From Leucoraja erinacea (Eukaryota), in assembly GCF_028641065.1 (NCBI RefSeq), contig NC_073406.1, positions 16,926,001 through 16,990,000 on the forward strand: a DNA stretch of 64,000 bases, given 5' to 3'. This document shows positions 24,897 through 37,304 of this stretch, one piece after another. A program made the position numbers and the translations under genes. Numbering within the stretch: the first letter of the stretch is position 1; each line of letters begins with the position of its first letter. The notes beneath the pieces were generated by a model that saw only the letters and a list, made by a program, of their open reading frames with translations, made no database searches and was not told the origin of the DNA.

Positions 24897-25100
24897 AGGG
24901 GTGACACGGTGGCGCAGCTGGTAGAGCCGCTGCCTCGCAGCACCACAGACCTAGGTTCAATCCTGAACTCAGATGCTATCTGTGTAGAGTTTGCATGTTC
25001 TCCCTGTAGCTGTGTGGGTTTCCTCCGGTTTCTCCCCACATACCAAAGACGTGCAGGTTGATAGGTAAATTGGCCTCTATAAATTGCCTGTTTGTAGGTG
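24897..25100 (+). mobile_element. tRNA-derived V-SINE/HE1-like SINE
   Basis: A-box TGGCGCAGCTGG, B-box GGTTCAATCC, GAGTTTGCATGTTCTCCC core. Confidence 0.8.
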
Positions 25101-25144
25101 ACTGGAGGGAATTGATAAAAAAATATGGAGAGAATAATCATGAA

Positions 25145-25580
25145 CTCTTCTCGTGGATTGTCACCTTGTCTTGGTGGAGAAGCTTGTGTGGACCCGAGAT
25201 CCTGAGAGCGATGCCGTCTGGAGCTATGCTCCTGGTAGGGCCACCCATGGCGGTAGGATCGACGGGACGGACTCTGATAAAGAGCAATCCAATCAAGACC
25301 TCAATGGTGGAACAGGCGGAGGACGATGGCTGACCTTAGTGAAGCGTCACAACGGCTGGGAAGGCGGATGAAGGCTGCAGCAGAAAAGGGTCTCTGGTCG
25401 TCTTGGACTCTATGCCACTGGATCCTGACCCAGATCTGTCAAGGACCGTGAGGTGGCTGTCTGTGCACCAGTCTCTCCACGTTAAGCAAAGTCACGCATA
25501 GGCATCCTCCATATAGGTCATAGCATCCTGGAGACACCCATGCTCAGCCATGACCGAAGGGGGCCTAAGAAGGATGATGG
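25145..25580 (+). mobile_element. RTE-clade-related short non-autonomous element
   Basis: CACCTTGTCTTGGTGGAGAAGCTTG...CTGGAGCTATGC...GGTAGGGCCACCCATGGC resembles RTE 5' UTR motifs; related to 38917-39223. Confidence 0.6.
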
Positions 25581-26420
25581 ACTCGGTGTCAGAGGTTATG
25601 GCGAGAAAGCAGGAGAATGGGGTTAGGATGAAGAGATAGATCAGCCATGATTGAATGGTTGAGTAGACTTGATGGGCCAAATGGTCTAATTCTACTCCTA
25701 TCATGTATGACATGACCCTATGACCTACATTAGTGTAGGATCAGGGTTAATGGGTGGTTGAAGGTCAGCATGAACATGGTGGGCTAAAAGACCTGTTTCC
25801 ATGCTGTATCTAATTTTCCAGCCAGGGTAAACCACCCTCCAATCTATACACCTCATCTTTAGTTTCAGATTCCTGTATGGGGCTGTCACATTCCTTCACC
25901 AAGTCTGTGTGACTGACCCCTGTTCCTGGTCCAATACTTTGGTAACCTTCTCAAAATAAATTCAACTAGATATGTCAGTCATGACCCTGCTTTTACAAAG
26001 TGTTACAAGGAGTTCTTAAACATTTGAAGAGATGGAAAGTGCCAGGTTTGAGAATGGAAGTAATTCTAGATACCTCGCTAAATTACCAGTGCGTTTAACA
26101 TGGGTTCAATGGGCAGATTTGTACTGTAACCTAAACAAATTAAAGCTTCCATTTCATTACACAAAGTAACTCCAATAATTCCATGAGCCGCCTAAAGCTA
26201 TTTGGTGGACAGTTTGATGAAATGAAAAAAGGAATATTTATTTTTGTGTGCAAATAATAGATTGCAAAACATGACCAAATTATTCTTCACATTATGCAAT
26301 ATGTCTTCAAACTTTTGTTATTAGTACTGAATCGAAAGTGAGAAATGGCTGAAAGATTTAGAAACTTTATATCAGAGTAAGAGTCATACAGCCTGCCAAC
26401 CAAAATGGTATCTTAGATCA

Positions 26421-26775
26421 CAAAACCTAGGAGCAGAAGTAGCCTATTTGGCCCATCGAGTCTGCTCTGCCATTTGGTATTTGCTGATCTATTTCCCCCC
26501 CACCCCCCCCAACCCCATTCTCCTGCCTTCTCCTCATAAACTTTGACACCCTTACTAATCAAGAATGTATCAATCTACACTTTAAAAATACCCAATGACT
26601 TGGCCTCCACCACCATCTGCAGCAATTAATTCTGCAGATTCGCCACCCTTTGGCTAAAGTAATTCCTCCTCATCTCCATTCTAAAGGTACATCCTTGTAT
26701 TCTGAGCCTGTGCCCTCTGATCCTACCACTGGAAACATCCTCCACATCCATTCTATCTAGGCATTTCATTATTCA
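26421..26775 (-). mobile_element. CR1 3' fragment
   Basis: Reverse-complement similarity to other CR1 tails in the window. Confidence 0.7.
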
Positions 26776-26817
26776 CTAGATCTATGCTGGTCCCAATTGC
26801 CTGTGTTTAGCTTTTTG

Positions 26818-27120
26818 AAATGAAATGAAATGAAATGAAATGAAAATGAAATGAAATGATTCAATTTATTGTCATTGTCAGTGTACAGTACAGAGACAAC
26901 GAAATGCATTTTTAGCATCTCCCTTGAAAGGGAGACACAGGGCGTCGCGGTGTGCCCGCGCCTGCCGCCGTACATTCCATTACAGGCAAAGGTGGGTGAA
27001 GTGTCTTGCCCAAGGACACAACGACAGTATGCACTCCAAGCGGGATTTGAACCGGCTACCTTCCGGTCGCCAGCCGAACTCTTAGCCCATTGTGCTATCT
27101 GTCGCCCATTGTGCTATCTG
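26818..27120 (-). mobile_element. Distinct tRNA-derived SINE with (ATTTC)n tail
   Basis: A-box TAGCACAATGG, B-box GGTTCAAATCC, GTGTCCTTGGGCAAGACACTT core, AATAAA and pentamer tail. Confidence 0.8.
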
Positions 27121-28469
27121 TTGATGAATCTGTCCACACCCTCTAACCTGCAGGAGCGTTGGGACGTTAATAGTCGATTTGTCAAACTACATTCTTAAAC
27201 AAATATAAATTATCAGGACTAAATCTTTTGAATGATTACAATGCCATTATTTCAGAATAGCAATGTTCTTAAACTGAATCTGCACCAAACAATAAATTTG
27301 TTTTACTCAAATAAAAGTGGACAGGGAGGAATGTTGTCACAAATGTCAGCAGGATTCTGATTCTGATCAGCTGGAAAAGTGGGCCAAGGAATAGCAAATG
27401 GAGTTTAATTTAAATAAGTGCAAGGTGTTTCGAGTTTAGAGATACAGCGTGAAAACAGGTCCTTCGGCACACTATCGGTGACTATCGATCACCCATACGC
27501 GAGTTCTATGTCATCCCACTTTCACATGCTACACACTAGGGGCAATTTACAGAAGCCAATTAACCGACAAACCTGCACATCATTGGAATGTGGAAGGAAA
27601 CCAGAAAAAACCCACAGTCACAGGGAGAACCGCACAGTGCACCCATAGTTAGGATTGAACCCAGGCCTCTGGCACTCTGGTAGTAGCGCCACTGCCGTGT
27701 TGAGTGCATTGCACCATTTTGGGAAGTCAAACCTGGGTAGGACTTTCACAGTGAACAGCAGAGCCCTGGGGAGTGTTGCTTTAGTCCACAAATGATGCTT
27801 GTTTGAACATATATTACAGAAGAAACACATTATTAAAAATAACGTGCCAAATAATTTAAATTAATTTTCCAATTTTTTCAAAATGTAAATTAAAAACAAA
27901 CAAACAAGCAATAGGACATAATTAGTTCCTTCAATTCTAGGTCCATGTTAATGCACAAAATGTAAATATAACTGAAAGATCTAGACTGTGCTTGAAATAA
28001 CGTTTCTTGAGATAAAAGATACAAATACAATTCAATAGGTAGTGGAGATCTTGATACTCTGAAATATGAATACTTTGTACCACTATTTTGTTTCCAAAAC
28101 TATTTTAGCCGTTACAAGTTTCAGCTGATTAGAATAACTTTTTTGAGGGAGACATTGAATGATACATTTGAACCATCAGCTGTTTATGCTACGAAATTCA
28201 ATTAGAAGTAAAGTTTGGAATTTATGTTTTTTTATTTTTTATATGTTTATTGTCCATTATTAATTGTCATTGATCCAATAGGCCCATTATGCAGTTATAC
28301 AGTTTTAAATCAACACATTATATTTTTTAATTTTTTAAAAAGGTTCAATCCAGAGAGGTATCAAAATTTGTCTCATTTGGAAGGGCTGCTGGAGTCCCTG
28401 GATGGAAGGGAGAAAGGAAGTTTAGGGACAAGTGGTACATCTCCTGTGGTTGTAGGGTAGTGTCTGAGG

Positions 28470-28731
28470 AGGTGTGTAGGAAGGAACTGTAGATGCTGGT
28501 TTAAACCAAAGATAGACACAAAATGCTGGAGAGACTCAGCAGGGCCGGCAGCATCTCTGGAGAGAAGGATTTTTGTGTACCTTCTCTGGAGAGAAGGTTT
28601 GGGTGATGTTTTGGGTCGAGACCCTTCGTTAGACTGATCAGTCTGAAGAAGCGTCTCGACCCGAAACAAGACCCATTTCTTCTCTCCAAAGATGCTGCCT
28701 GTCCCGCTGAGTTACTCCAGCATTTTATGCC
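28470..28731. mobile_element. Penelope-derived fold-back short element with 12-bp TSD
   Basis: TAGTGTCTGAGG at 28458-28469 and 28732-28743; inverted arms centred on AGACTGATCAGTCT. Confidence 0.75.
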
Positions 28732-29456
28732 TAGTGTCTGAGGTTGTGTGGGAAATGAGCCAAGGAGTCGCGGAGTGACCTGTATGAAAAGCAGAAAGGG
28801 GTGGGGATGAGGAGATCTTTCAATCAGAAATATATGAGGCTAAGTAATAATAATTATATGCATATTCAAAGTAGCAATCCCTAAAAGGTTACCATTGATA
28901 CTCCACTAATCAGTGGAACCCACAAACATGGGATTGGCACAGCTGACTAGATGTTGGAAAACCATGCATAACATTCTCAAAGCAAAATTAAGGAAGCATA
29001 AAGCACAGACACAAAGTGCTGGAATAACTCAGCGGGTCAGGGCGGAACTGGACAGGTGATGTTTCTGGTCAGGACCCTTCTTCCTATTCAAAGTATAAAT
29101 TTGACACACATTTCCAACATGACATTTTCAGATTTTCCATTCAATCAGATGTTACTCATATTAACCTCCCCCGAACACTTGTCTCTATGACTCTTTTAGG
29201 TTTTTTTCACTGATCACCTTCAGCATAGGTTACTATCTCCACCCTTCTCTCTCAAACCTGATTTACCTGCCTTTCATCCTGAAGGGCTCCGCCTGATAGA
29301 TCACCATTCCTTTTCTCCAGAGATGCTGCTGACCCGCTGAGTTACTCCAGCACGTTGTATCTATCAACCGATCCACCTGGATTCACCTATAACGTGCCAG
29401 ATCTTGGCCTACCCTTTCCCCTCATCTTTTCCCCCCAGCTATCTTTCCTCAGGGTT

Positions 29457-29703
29457 TTGCAGATGCTGGGAAGCAGAAAACAGAAGATAGATACAAAATG
29501 CTGGAGTAACTCAGGGAGGACAGGCAGCATCTCTGGAGAGAAGGAATGGGTGACGTTTCGGGTGGAGGCCCTTCTTCAGACTGATGGGTCTCGACCCGAA
29601 ATGACGCCCATTTCTTCTCTCCAGAGATGCTGCTTGTCCCGCAGAGTTACTCCAGCATTTTGTGCCTATCTTCAATTTAAACCAGCATCTGCAGTTCTTT
29701 CCT
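29457..29703. mobile_element. Penelope-derived fold-back short element
   Basis: Same family as 28470-28731; inverted arms GCTGGAGTAACTC...GAGTTACTCCAGC. Confidence 0.7.
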
Positions 29704-31147
29704 GAGCAGAAAACAGAGCTCAGTTCTGCAGCATCTGTGCAGAAAGAAAGAGTTTGTGTTTAAGGTTGACATTGTTTCATCATAACTCATGAATTTATTC
29801 AATTTAATTCCCTCTCCACTGAATATTTTCATCATTTTCTGGGTTTTAACCCTATGTAGCATTTGATCTCCTTCATGTATTCCATCGGTCTGAAGGAGCA
29901 TCCTGACCCAAAACGTCGTCTGCCCATTTCCCTCCACAGATGCTACCTGACCTGCTGAGTTCCTCCAGCCTTCTGTTTCTTGCTCACGTCTCCTTTTTAT
30001 CCACATTCACCTTCCAACAGTTTCTCACAGCCACGATAGTAATTTAACTACTCAAAATACACAAAACTACTTGTAGGTAAATTCAATCATCTTATTATGA
30101 AAAATGGCGTTTATGATGTTTTAAGTTACAGTTTAAAGCTTCCTTCCTCTGCTACTTCCTCCAGAAGTGGTTCCACTTACATTCTGCTGAGCAGCCAGGT
30201 ACTTCCTGTAAATCGAGGTTCTTCTGCGATCCATGGTGACACTGCCTGCCCAGTAAAATTCCAATAACTGAACCCGTGTTATTTACCTCTATCCCATGGT
30301 TGAAGATTCATGGTTAACTATCATTGCAACTTGATAATTATTCCACGGTCGGTGCTAAAGCTGCTGACTAATGCCTCAGTTTCCATTGTCCTATTTTATT
30401 AGTTGAATTAAAATATGGCACTTCCCTACAGCAATGGCTGAAAACAAAACAAAAAGAGTTCTAGTCATCAGTGGAGATACTGAATTTTCTAAAACGTCCT
30501 TTTTTTAAACATATCAGCAACAATGGCTATTTCAAGGAAGGAACAGTCCAGAGTATAAGTGGTGATCAACTATGAAAGCATCTTTCGAGATGTATATTTC
30601 TTTCAAACCAACTATTCGGAAAGTTAAAATTTATTTTAAAAAAGGAAAACTGCTCCCTAGCAAGTTAATTCATCTTTGCTAAAGATTTAAACTTAAGGAA
30701 TTACGTGCATTCTCACAACCCAGTACTCGAGGCATATACATATTAAGTTGATAAATTAAGTTGTTAAATACATGGAGATCAAAAACTTTATAAAGATAAA
30801 CTCTAGAAAATGTAAATATTCAGTGGAGGAAAAAAAGTTAATACATTCATGAGTTCTGATGAAACACCAACTTTAAACACCAACTCTCTTTCTCCACAGA
30901 TTATCTCTGTCTGGACTGTTTTCTGGTTTTATTTCAGGTTCCAGCATCTGCAGAACACTGCTCAAGGTTTGTTATACCACAGTGCATCAAGTCCTCAATA
31001 CCTGCTGACTTGCTATCTATGGACCCACTTCATCAAGAGGCTGGTCAATCGTTATCGGTAACGTTAATGAACTAGGTGTTCCTCCAGAATTCTCTGCTGT
31101 GTCCTGTGAATCCCGTTTGCTGTGCGACTTTGAATGTTTTAAGTTTT

Positions 31148-31460
31148 AGAGAGATGCAGCATGGAAACAGGTTCTTCGACCCACCGAGACCATGCCGACC
31201 ATTGATCATCCTTTCACACTGGTTCCGTTATCTCACTTTCCCATCCACTCCATTCACCCAAGGGACAATTTGTAGAGATCCAATTAACATACAAACCCGC
31301 ACGTCTTTCGGATGTGGGAGGAAACCGGAGCACCTGGAGGAAACCTACGTGGTCACAGGGAGAATGTGTAAACTCCACACAGACAGCAGACGAAGTTGGG
31401 ATCAAACCCGGGTCTCTGGCACTGTGAGGTAGCAGCTCTATCAGCTGTGCCACTGTGTCG
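31148..31460 (-). mobile_element. tRNA-derived V-SINE/HE1-like SINE, near full length
   Basis: Head ACACAGTGGCACAGCTGATAGAGC, B-box GGTTTGATCC, V-domain-like core, CR1-like tail. Confidence 0.8.
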
Positions 31461-32603
31461 TAATTAAGTGATTTCCTACCAATTGGCAGCTTCCCATCTG
31501 AATGATTAATATTGCTATTTCTATTCATCCCACCACAATATTACCCTATGAATGGTCAATTAGGGTCCTGAAGAGACCTCATCTTATAGAGCTTCAATAA
31601 TTTACAATACATACAGCAGTGTACTTTTGAACTGACAGGGTATTGGAAAAATAGAGGTCATCAGCATAACATAGTTGGCAATAAATGCAATATTGAACAA
31701 TGGAAATTTCATACTGAAATTCAGAGCACAGGAAAAACAGTTGGGAGATCAGTCTGAAGTGTTGACCGTTTTGCTTCCCGCAGATGCAGGCTGACCTGCT
31801 TAGTGTCCGCATATTCCGATTTAATATTAGGGAGATACAATAGACGGGTCTGTTCTAGAGAGGAATGCATGGACCAGGTGGAACTGTCACCATCCTTTAA
31901 TTGGAATGCATCTGGCAGAAGAGGTTGAGGGTTGAAGTTTGAGGGATAGGGTACTGAAGGACTACCTAGGTAAGCGCACAATGAAGAAAAGCAAGACAAG
32001 ATTATACAGATAGAACTGGTTCGGAAGAAAGCTCATGGAGCACGAATATTATCCTAGTTCAGTAAGGTCAGAGTTTAGGATGATTAAAAATTTTAATCAA
32101 TATTCCTACAAGTTCAAGGGATAACAAAAGATATTCAAACTACGTCTCAGCAGAAAACATGAGATAATGTTTCTTTTAAATTAAATTAAATTAAATTATA
32201 ACTGCATTTAAATTGCAACATTATTATGCTGGAACGTTAACTCCTCTACACACAGAATCAGAATGCTGCAACAGGACACCATTTAGCCCACTGATGCTGG
32301 CCATTCTTGAGGATCCCAGCATTTTTAGTTTTTATTTTAGTTCACCAACATGCGTTTATTCTTCAATATTTTTTACAAAATCATGTTATTGATTTATCAG
32401 ATCAAATTATCAGCCTATTAAATAGTGCAAACCAATACAATTTAGTGTTTCAGTGCTTGGCTTATGTGCACAATTCAGACCACAACTTCACAGATAGCAC
32501 TCCATGAAATGAAACAGCCTGCACGTTAGCATCAGTCACCTATCTTATATTATTATTATTATTATCAAATAATACTGCAGTCAAAAGTTGGAGTTTTTAA
32601 AAA

Positions 32604-32720
32604 TTTATTTGCATACAAAATACATACAACGTTTTCAAGAAACTGGTCGGATCTTAAAGGGAAAATTAAAGGAAGCTTTAAAATTTAATTCGAATTGTGG
32701 TATGTCACCTTGATTTTATT
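32604..32720 (-). terminator. Candidate PPIH polyadenylation signals (AATAAA at 32715-32720 and 32604-32609)
   Basis: Two AATAAA hexamers on the minus strand 0.4-0.55 kb after the stop codon; usage not shown. Confidence 0.45.
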
Positions 32721-33134
32721 AGGAAAACACATTTTTGGCATTGGGAACAAACTCCTTAAAAAAAAAAAAAAAATCTATACTGGAATTTGAAATCTTGGTC
32801 ATTCAAAAGAGAATTAAAGCAATATTATACGATGGAGGACTGTCAATCTGTGCTTGTATCCAATTCAAAATGGTGGTTTCAGATCCAGCTGCTTACAAAA
32901 TGATGAGGTTAAATTAAAAATTGGGCATCATGAAGTTACACCAGATTAATATGGTTTGAGCTAGTACGTAAATTGCCCTTCTGATTAGTTCAACATTTCA
33001 AGGGGAAAGCACTGCTCACCTTACCCAAATAAAAAACTCCAAACAGCCATGAACCCACAAAAGACCAGTTTCTGCCAACACTGTGAGGTGTGGTCATACA
33101 GCAGAGACCCAGTGCCTTTCCTTGTCAGCTCACT

Positions 33135-33203
33135 CTACATCTCTCCACATTGTACAATCACCACAGGAAGTTTGGGTTTATTGCTGGGGCCGGAGGGAAC
33201 GTT
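33135..33203 (-). CDS. PPIH: PPIH exon 9, last coding ([22 protein letters not shown])
   Basis: 69 nt to TAG; the nine exons sum to 534 nt = 177 aa, the known PPIH length. Confidence 0.96.
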   Translation of the reverse strand, partial: NVPSGPSNKPKLPVVIVQCGEM

Positions 33204-34249
33204 CTGCAGGCAGAAGATACAGGATGAGCAGATAATAAACATGCATTATCTCATAGAAGGTAATCATACAACCTCACAGCTTACTGGTCAATGTTTCACA
33301 TTGGTGCATAACAGATAAGTTTCTACAAAAAGTAGTCACAAATGTGCTGGAGGAACTCAGCGGGTCAGGCAACATCTCTGGAGAACATGAATAGATGATG
33401 TTTCGGGTCAGGACCCTTTTTCACACTCGTTATCAGATGCAGCAGAGGACATGCGAACAATTAATTGATTGAAAGACACAGCATGGAAATAGGCACTTCG
33501 ACCATCGATCACCCGCTTACACTAGTTCTATGTTATCCCACTTCCTACATATTAGAGGCAATTTACAGAGACCAATTGACCTGAATGCCTTTGAAATTAA
33601 TAGACCAAGAATGATGGAACTGGTGGTAGGAAGCATTCAGCAATGGGCAGAGGGATGATATAATGAAGTTGAGGATTGAACCAGTGTGTCTGGGGCTGTA
33701 AGGCAGCAACTTTAACGCTGCACCACTATGCTGCCAGAACTCCTTTCAACGAAAATTCTCAATGAGGATCTAAAGATTGGGAGGAGGGGGCAAGGACAGT
33801 GCAAGAGGGAGAGAAATTGATACATTTTACGTGGTGGATGATCCAAAAGGAAGAGTTGCTTCTGATGGTGGAGCGGAGATTATGACTAACTTTACACTCT
33901 GAGGATTGCTGCTGACATTAACCAGAAATAAATAACAAAACTGCCTATTAGCAAGATGTACACTTTATCATGGTCATTATTACTTGTCGTGAAGCTTAAA
34001 AACATTTAAACAGTAATCTTTAAAATTTCATCAACTGCAGCCATTGTCTGAATTAGTAGAACATAGGACACATATCAATACAGGATGAATAATTCACTGG
34101 TGAACCAGAGAAAGTGAGAAGAGTCAGGGATGCTTAAATGTTCTTCTGATGGAATCAGTGATTCAATGTTAACTGCAAAGGTAATAGAGGTTTGCTGACA
34201 GTAGTTTAAGAAATCCATCTTTAACTGCACAGATCTAACATAATAGACT

Positions 34250-34572
34250 AGACTTTATTCCTTGAAGTGCAGAAGGCTGAGATGTGATTTTATAGAGCTG
34301 CATAAAAGCATGAGGGGAATAGATAGGGTGAATGCCTAGTCCTTTGCCCTGGGTTGGGGTATCAAAAACCAGAGAGTATGGTCTTAAGATAAACGGGGAA
34401 AGATTTAATCGGAACCCGAGGGCCAACATTTGGACACAGAAGGTGGTGGATACATGGCACAAGCTGCCAGGGGAAGTGGTTGCTGCAGGGACAATAATAA
34501 AATGTAAGACATTTAGACAGGTGCATGGATCGGAAAGGTTTCGAGGGAGATGAGCCAAACGCGGGCAGATGC
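34250..34572 (+). mobile_element. CR1 3' fragment
   Basis: WTQKVVDTWHKLPGEVV decayed CR1 C-terminus. Confidence 0.75.
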
Positions 34573-34975
34573 ACAGAGATGCGTGCGATGCAGAGGAATG
34601 TGTTGGATTGTGCAAAACTCCATCCCTTTCAAAATGTTATACCTTTGTCATGGGATTGGGGATGATCTAAATATTCACATCTGTGGTTGATCCCAAGTTT
34701 GCCTGAGAGAGCACATCCTGTGGCATGTTTGCTGGATCATCATTTACAGAACCGGAGAGGAATGATCCTTTTAAACCACACTGCTCCCACCCACACGTTC
34801 CTCACTGGAAAACCCCTGGCATTTATTTTTAGCTGAAGCGTATGCGTGCATTAGACTCAAAGTAAAAACGTTTGGCCGCGGACAGTACCAATGCACTGTT
34901 TGCATAGCAAACATTTAACTTAGCCACATTATTTGCTCCTCGGCTATAAATATATCAAGATGAATAATTACTAAC

Positions 34976-35016
34976 CTCTATTTTTCTCATTACAAGCAAT
35001 CCATCAATTATTTTAC
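34976..35016 (-). CDS. PPIH: PPIH exon 8 (KIIDGLLVMRKIE)
   Basis: 41-nt exon, CAG/GTTAGT boundaries. Confidence 0.95.
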
Positions 35017-36052
35017 CTGGGTAAAAAAAAAAAGTGTTTTCTTTAAGGACTAAATAGGTTGGGGAATTTAAATAGATTCTAAATGCATTGATTAAAACTT
35101 TACAAGGAGGGCAAGGTTCACAGTGTAACGTTTGTGTAACGGCCCCGAGACTTTTGCTTTCTCACTCTGCAAATTCCTTCCCTGATCGTCAAACAAGAAT
35201 CGAGCTCAACCCCCATGATGCCAGAGAACCATGTTCAAACTACTTACTCCCTCCCAAACACAGTTAGGCACAAAATGGTGACCTGTCACAGAATATCATC
35301 GGGCATGGAGCTGATCACCGCTGATCAGTCCCAGTCAGTGAATCCCACCAAGGAATGCAGTGTTAAAATGTACATGGATAAATTTAAATGCTAAAAACAC
35401 ATTTGTGGTATTGATTTCTTCACTTGTTTTTCTGTGGAAATGTCCGAACGCAGGCCCGTGATCACAAGTAAGAATCAAACTGCAAGAAAATGTTATACTT
35501 CCTCCCATTGGTGTGAACAAACCAGCATTTTTTTTAAAGAGGGAAAATGTGACGAATGGCATCAGAATTTACATATAATTTGCAAATAACTGCCATGGAA
35601 TAGAGACACGAGGAACCGCAGATGCCGAAATCTTGAGCAAAACACAAGTTGATGGAGCAACTCAGCAGGTTAGTCACCATCTGGGAAGGGAAGGGACAGG
35701 CAGCGTTTTGGTCGAGACCCTTCTTCAGACTGATGGAGTAGGAGGAAAAAAGGTAGAAAAGAGAGGTGGGTCAGGACAAAGCCTTGCAAGTGATAGATGG
35801 GTACAGTTGAAGGGGTTTATTTGGCAGATGGGTGAAGTAAGAGACAAAGGTTAGAAATGAATAGGAGACATCCAAGAATAAATCCTGATGGGATTGAGGG
35901 CTTTCACAATATCCCTCAAATGTGTGAAGACATAATGATCAGCATTCCCAGTCACAAGCCCCTTATTGAATTTAATGAACAAGTTGCTGCTCTATTGGTT
36001 CTAACCCAGTGGACAACTGCAGCCATGGTAGTCATTGGAAAAGCTTCCTTAC

Positions 36053-36140
36053 CAAAAACAACATGCTTCCCATCCAGCCAATCACATTTAGAACATGTAA
36101 TAAAGAACTGGCAACCATTTGTATTTGGGCCACTGTTTGC
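36053..36140 (-). CDS. PPIH: PPIH exon 7 ([30 protein letters not shown])
   Basis: 88-nt exon; [10 protein letters not shown] motif. Confidence 0.97.
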
Positions 36141-36258
36141 CTGTTAGAAACAGAAAAGTAGTTACTATAGAAATTGCATTGAACAGTTTATTAGATATTT
36201 TTAGATATCACATATCTAGTTTTAGAAATGTTACGTAAGTAACATGGAGTGCTCTTAC

Positions 36259-36351
36259 CATGGACAATAGACCAGGGAGAGTGTGCTTCATTCTAAAGTT
36301 TTCGTCAGCAAATGGCCCTCTGTAGATGCTGCATACACCAGTTCCGTCTCC
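36259..36351 (-). CDS. PPIH: PPIH exon 6 ([31 protein letters not shown])
   Basis: 93-nt exon, CAG/GTAAG boundaries. Confidence 0.96.
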
Positions 36352-37033
36352 CTGTGGGCGAGATGTTGTCAGCATTACTTTGGTGTGTAGTCAGAAAAAT
36401 ATGGCACCAGCAAACACAAAAGAGGAAACATGCATTCTTGTAAAAATTAAATTAGTTACGTTCTGGAGATTTTAGTGGAATAGAAGGTCATGCTTATGTG
36501 AAGTGTTGAAACAGCACAATATGTACTTGGAGGATGAGCTATGATTTTTAAAAATAATTGTGTACATGCAAACACACAGGAAGGATGTGAATGGGCAGAG
36601 GAGATTCACCAGGATATTGCCTGAGAGTTATGGTGAGAGACTGGATAAGTTGGGCTGATTTTCCTTGGAGCAGAGGAGGCTGAAGGGAGGATCTGATATC
36701 AGAACATAAGCCATTCACAAATATTACAGGTAATGTAAAGAAAACATTACCAGAGTGCAGTAATTGTGTTACAGTATGATAGTGTTACAGCTCCAGAGAA
36801 AAAGTCCTGGGTCCACAATGAGGAAAGTTGGAAGATCGGGACTATACCCTATATTAGGGGGGATAGTTCAGTAGTGGGAAAGCAGAGGGGACGAATCTCT
36901 TCCTGAATCTGATGGTAGGTGCTTTCAAGCTTTGGAATCTTCTGCTCAACAGGAGAAAGGAAAATAGGGAATGATTGTAATGAAAAAAATCTTGATTATG
37001 TTGGCTGCTTCCTTGAGGCAGCATGGTGCAGAT

Positions 37034-37077
<44 letters not shown>

Positions 37078-37187
37078 GGGGGGGGGGGAAGGGGTGCACT
37101 GGGCTATATTCATAACATTCTGGAATTTCTTGCACTCTTGGAAGGAGCAGTTGCCAAATCATGCCGTGATGCAACCCAATAGGATGC

Positions 37188-37304
37188 AGGAGTCTGAAGA
37201 TGGGTCTCGACCCGAAATGTCACCCATTGCCTGTCCCGCTGAGTTACTCCAGCATTTTGTATCTACCTTTGATTTAAACCAGCATCTGCAGTTATTTCCT
37301 ACAC
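37188..37304 (+). mobile_element. Penelope-derived short element inserted into a Rex/Babar fragment
   Basis: 7-bp TSD AGGATGC at 37181-37187 and 37305-37311; hammerhead-like motif at its 5' end. Confidence 0.65.

Noticed and set aside
27040-27107. tRNA-like sequence (also at 24900-24965)
   Set aside because: SINE heads: A/B boxes are followed by SINE core and tail, and no complete cloverleaf is evident
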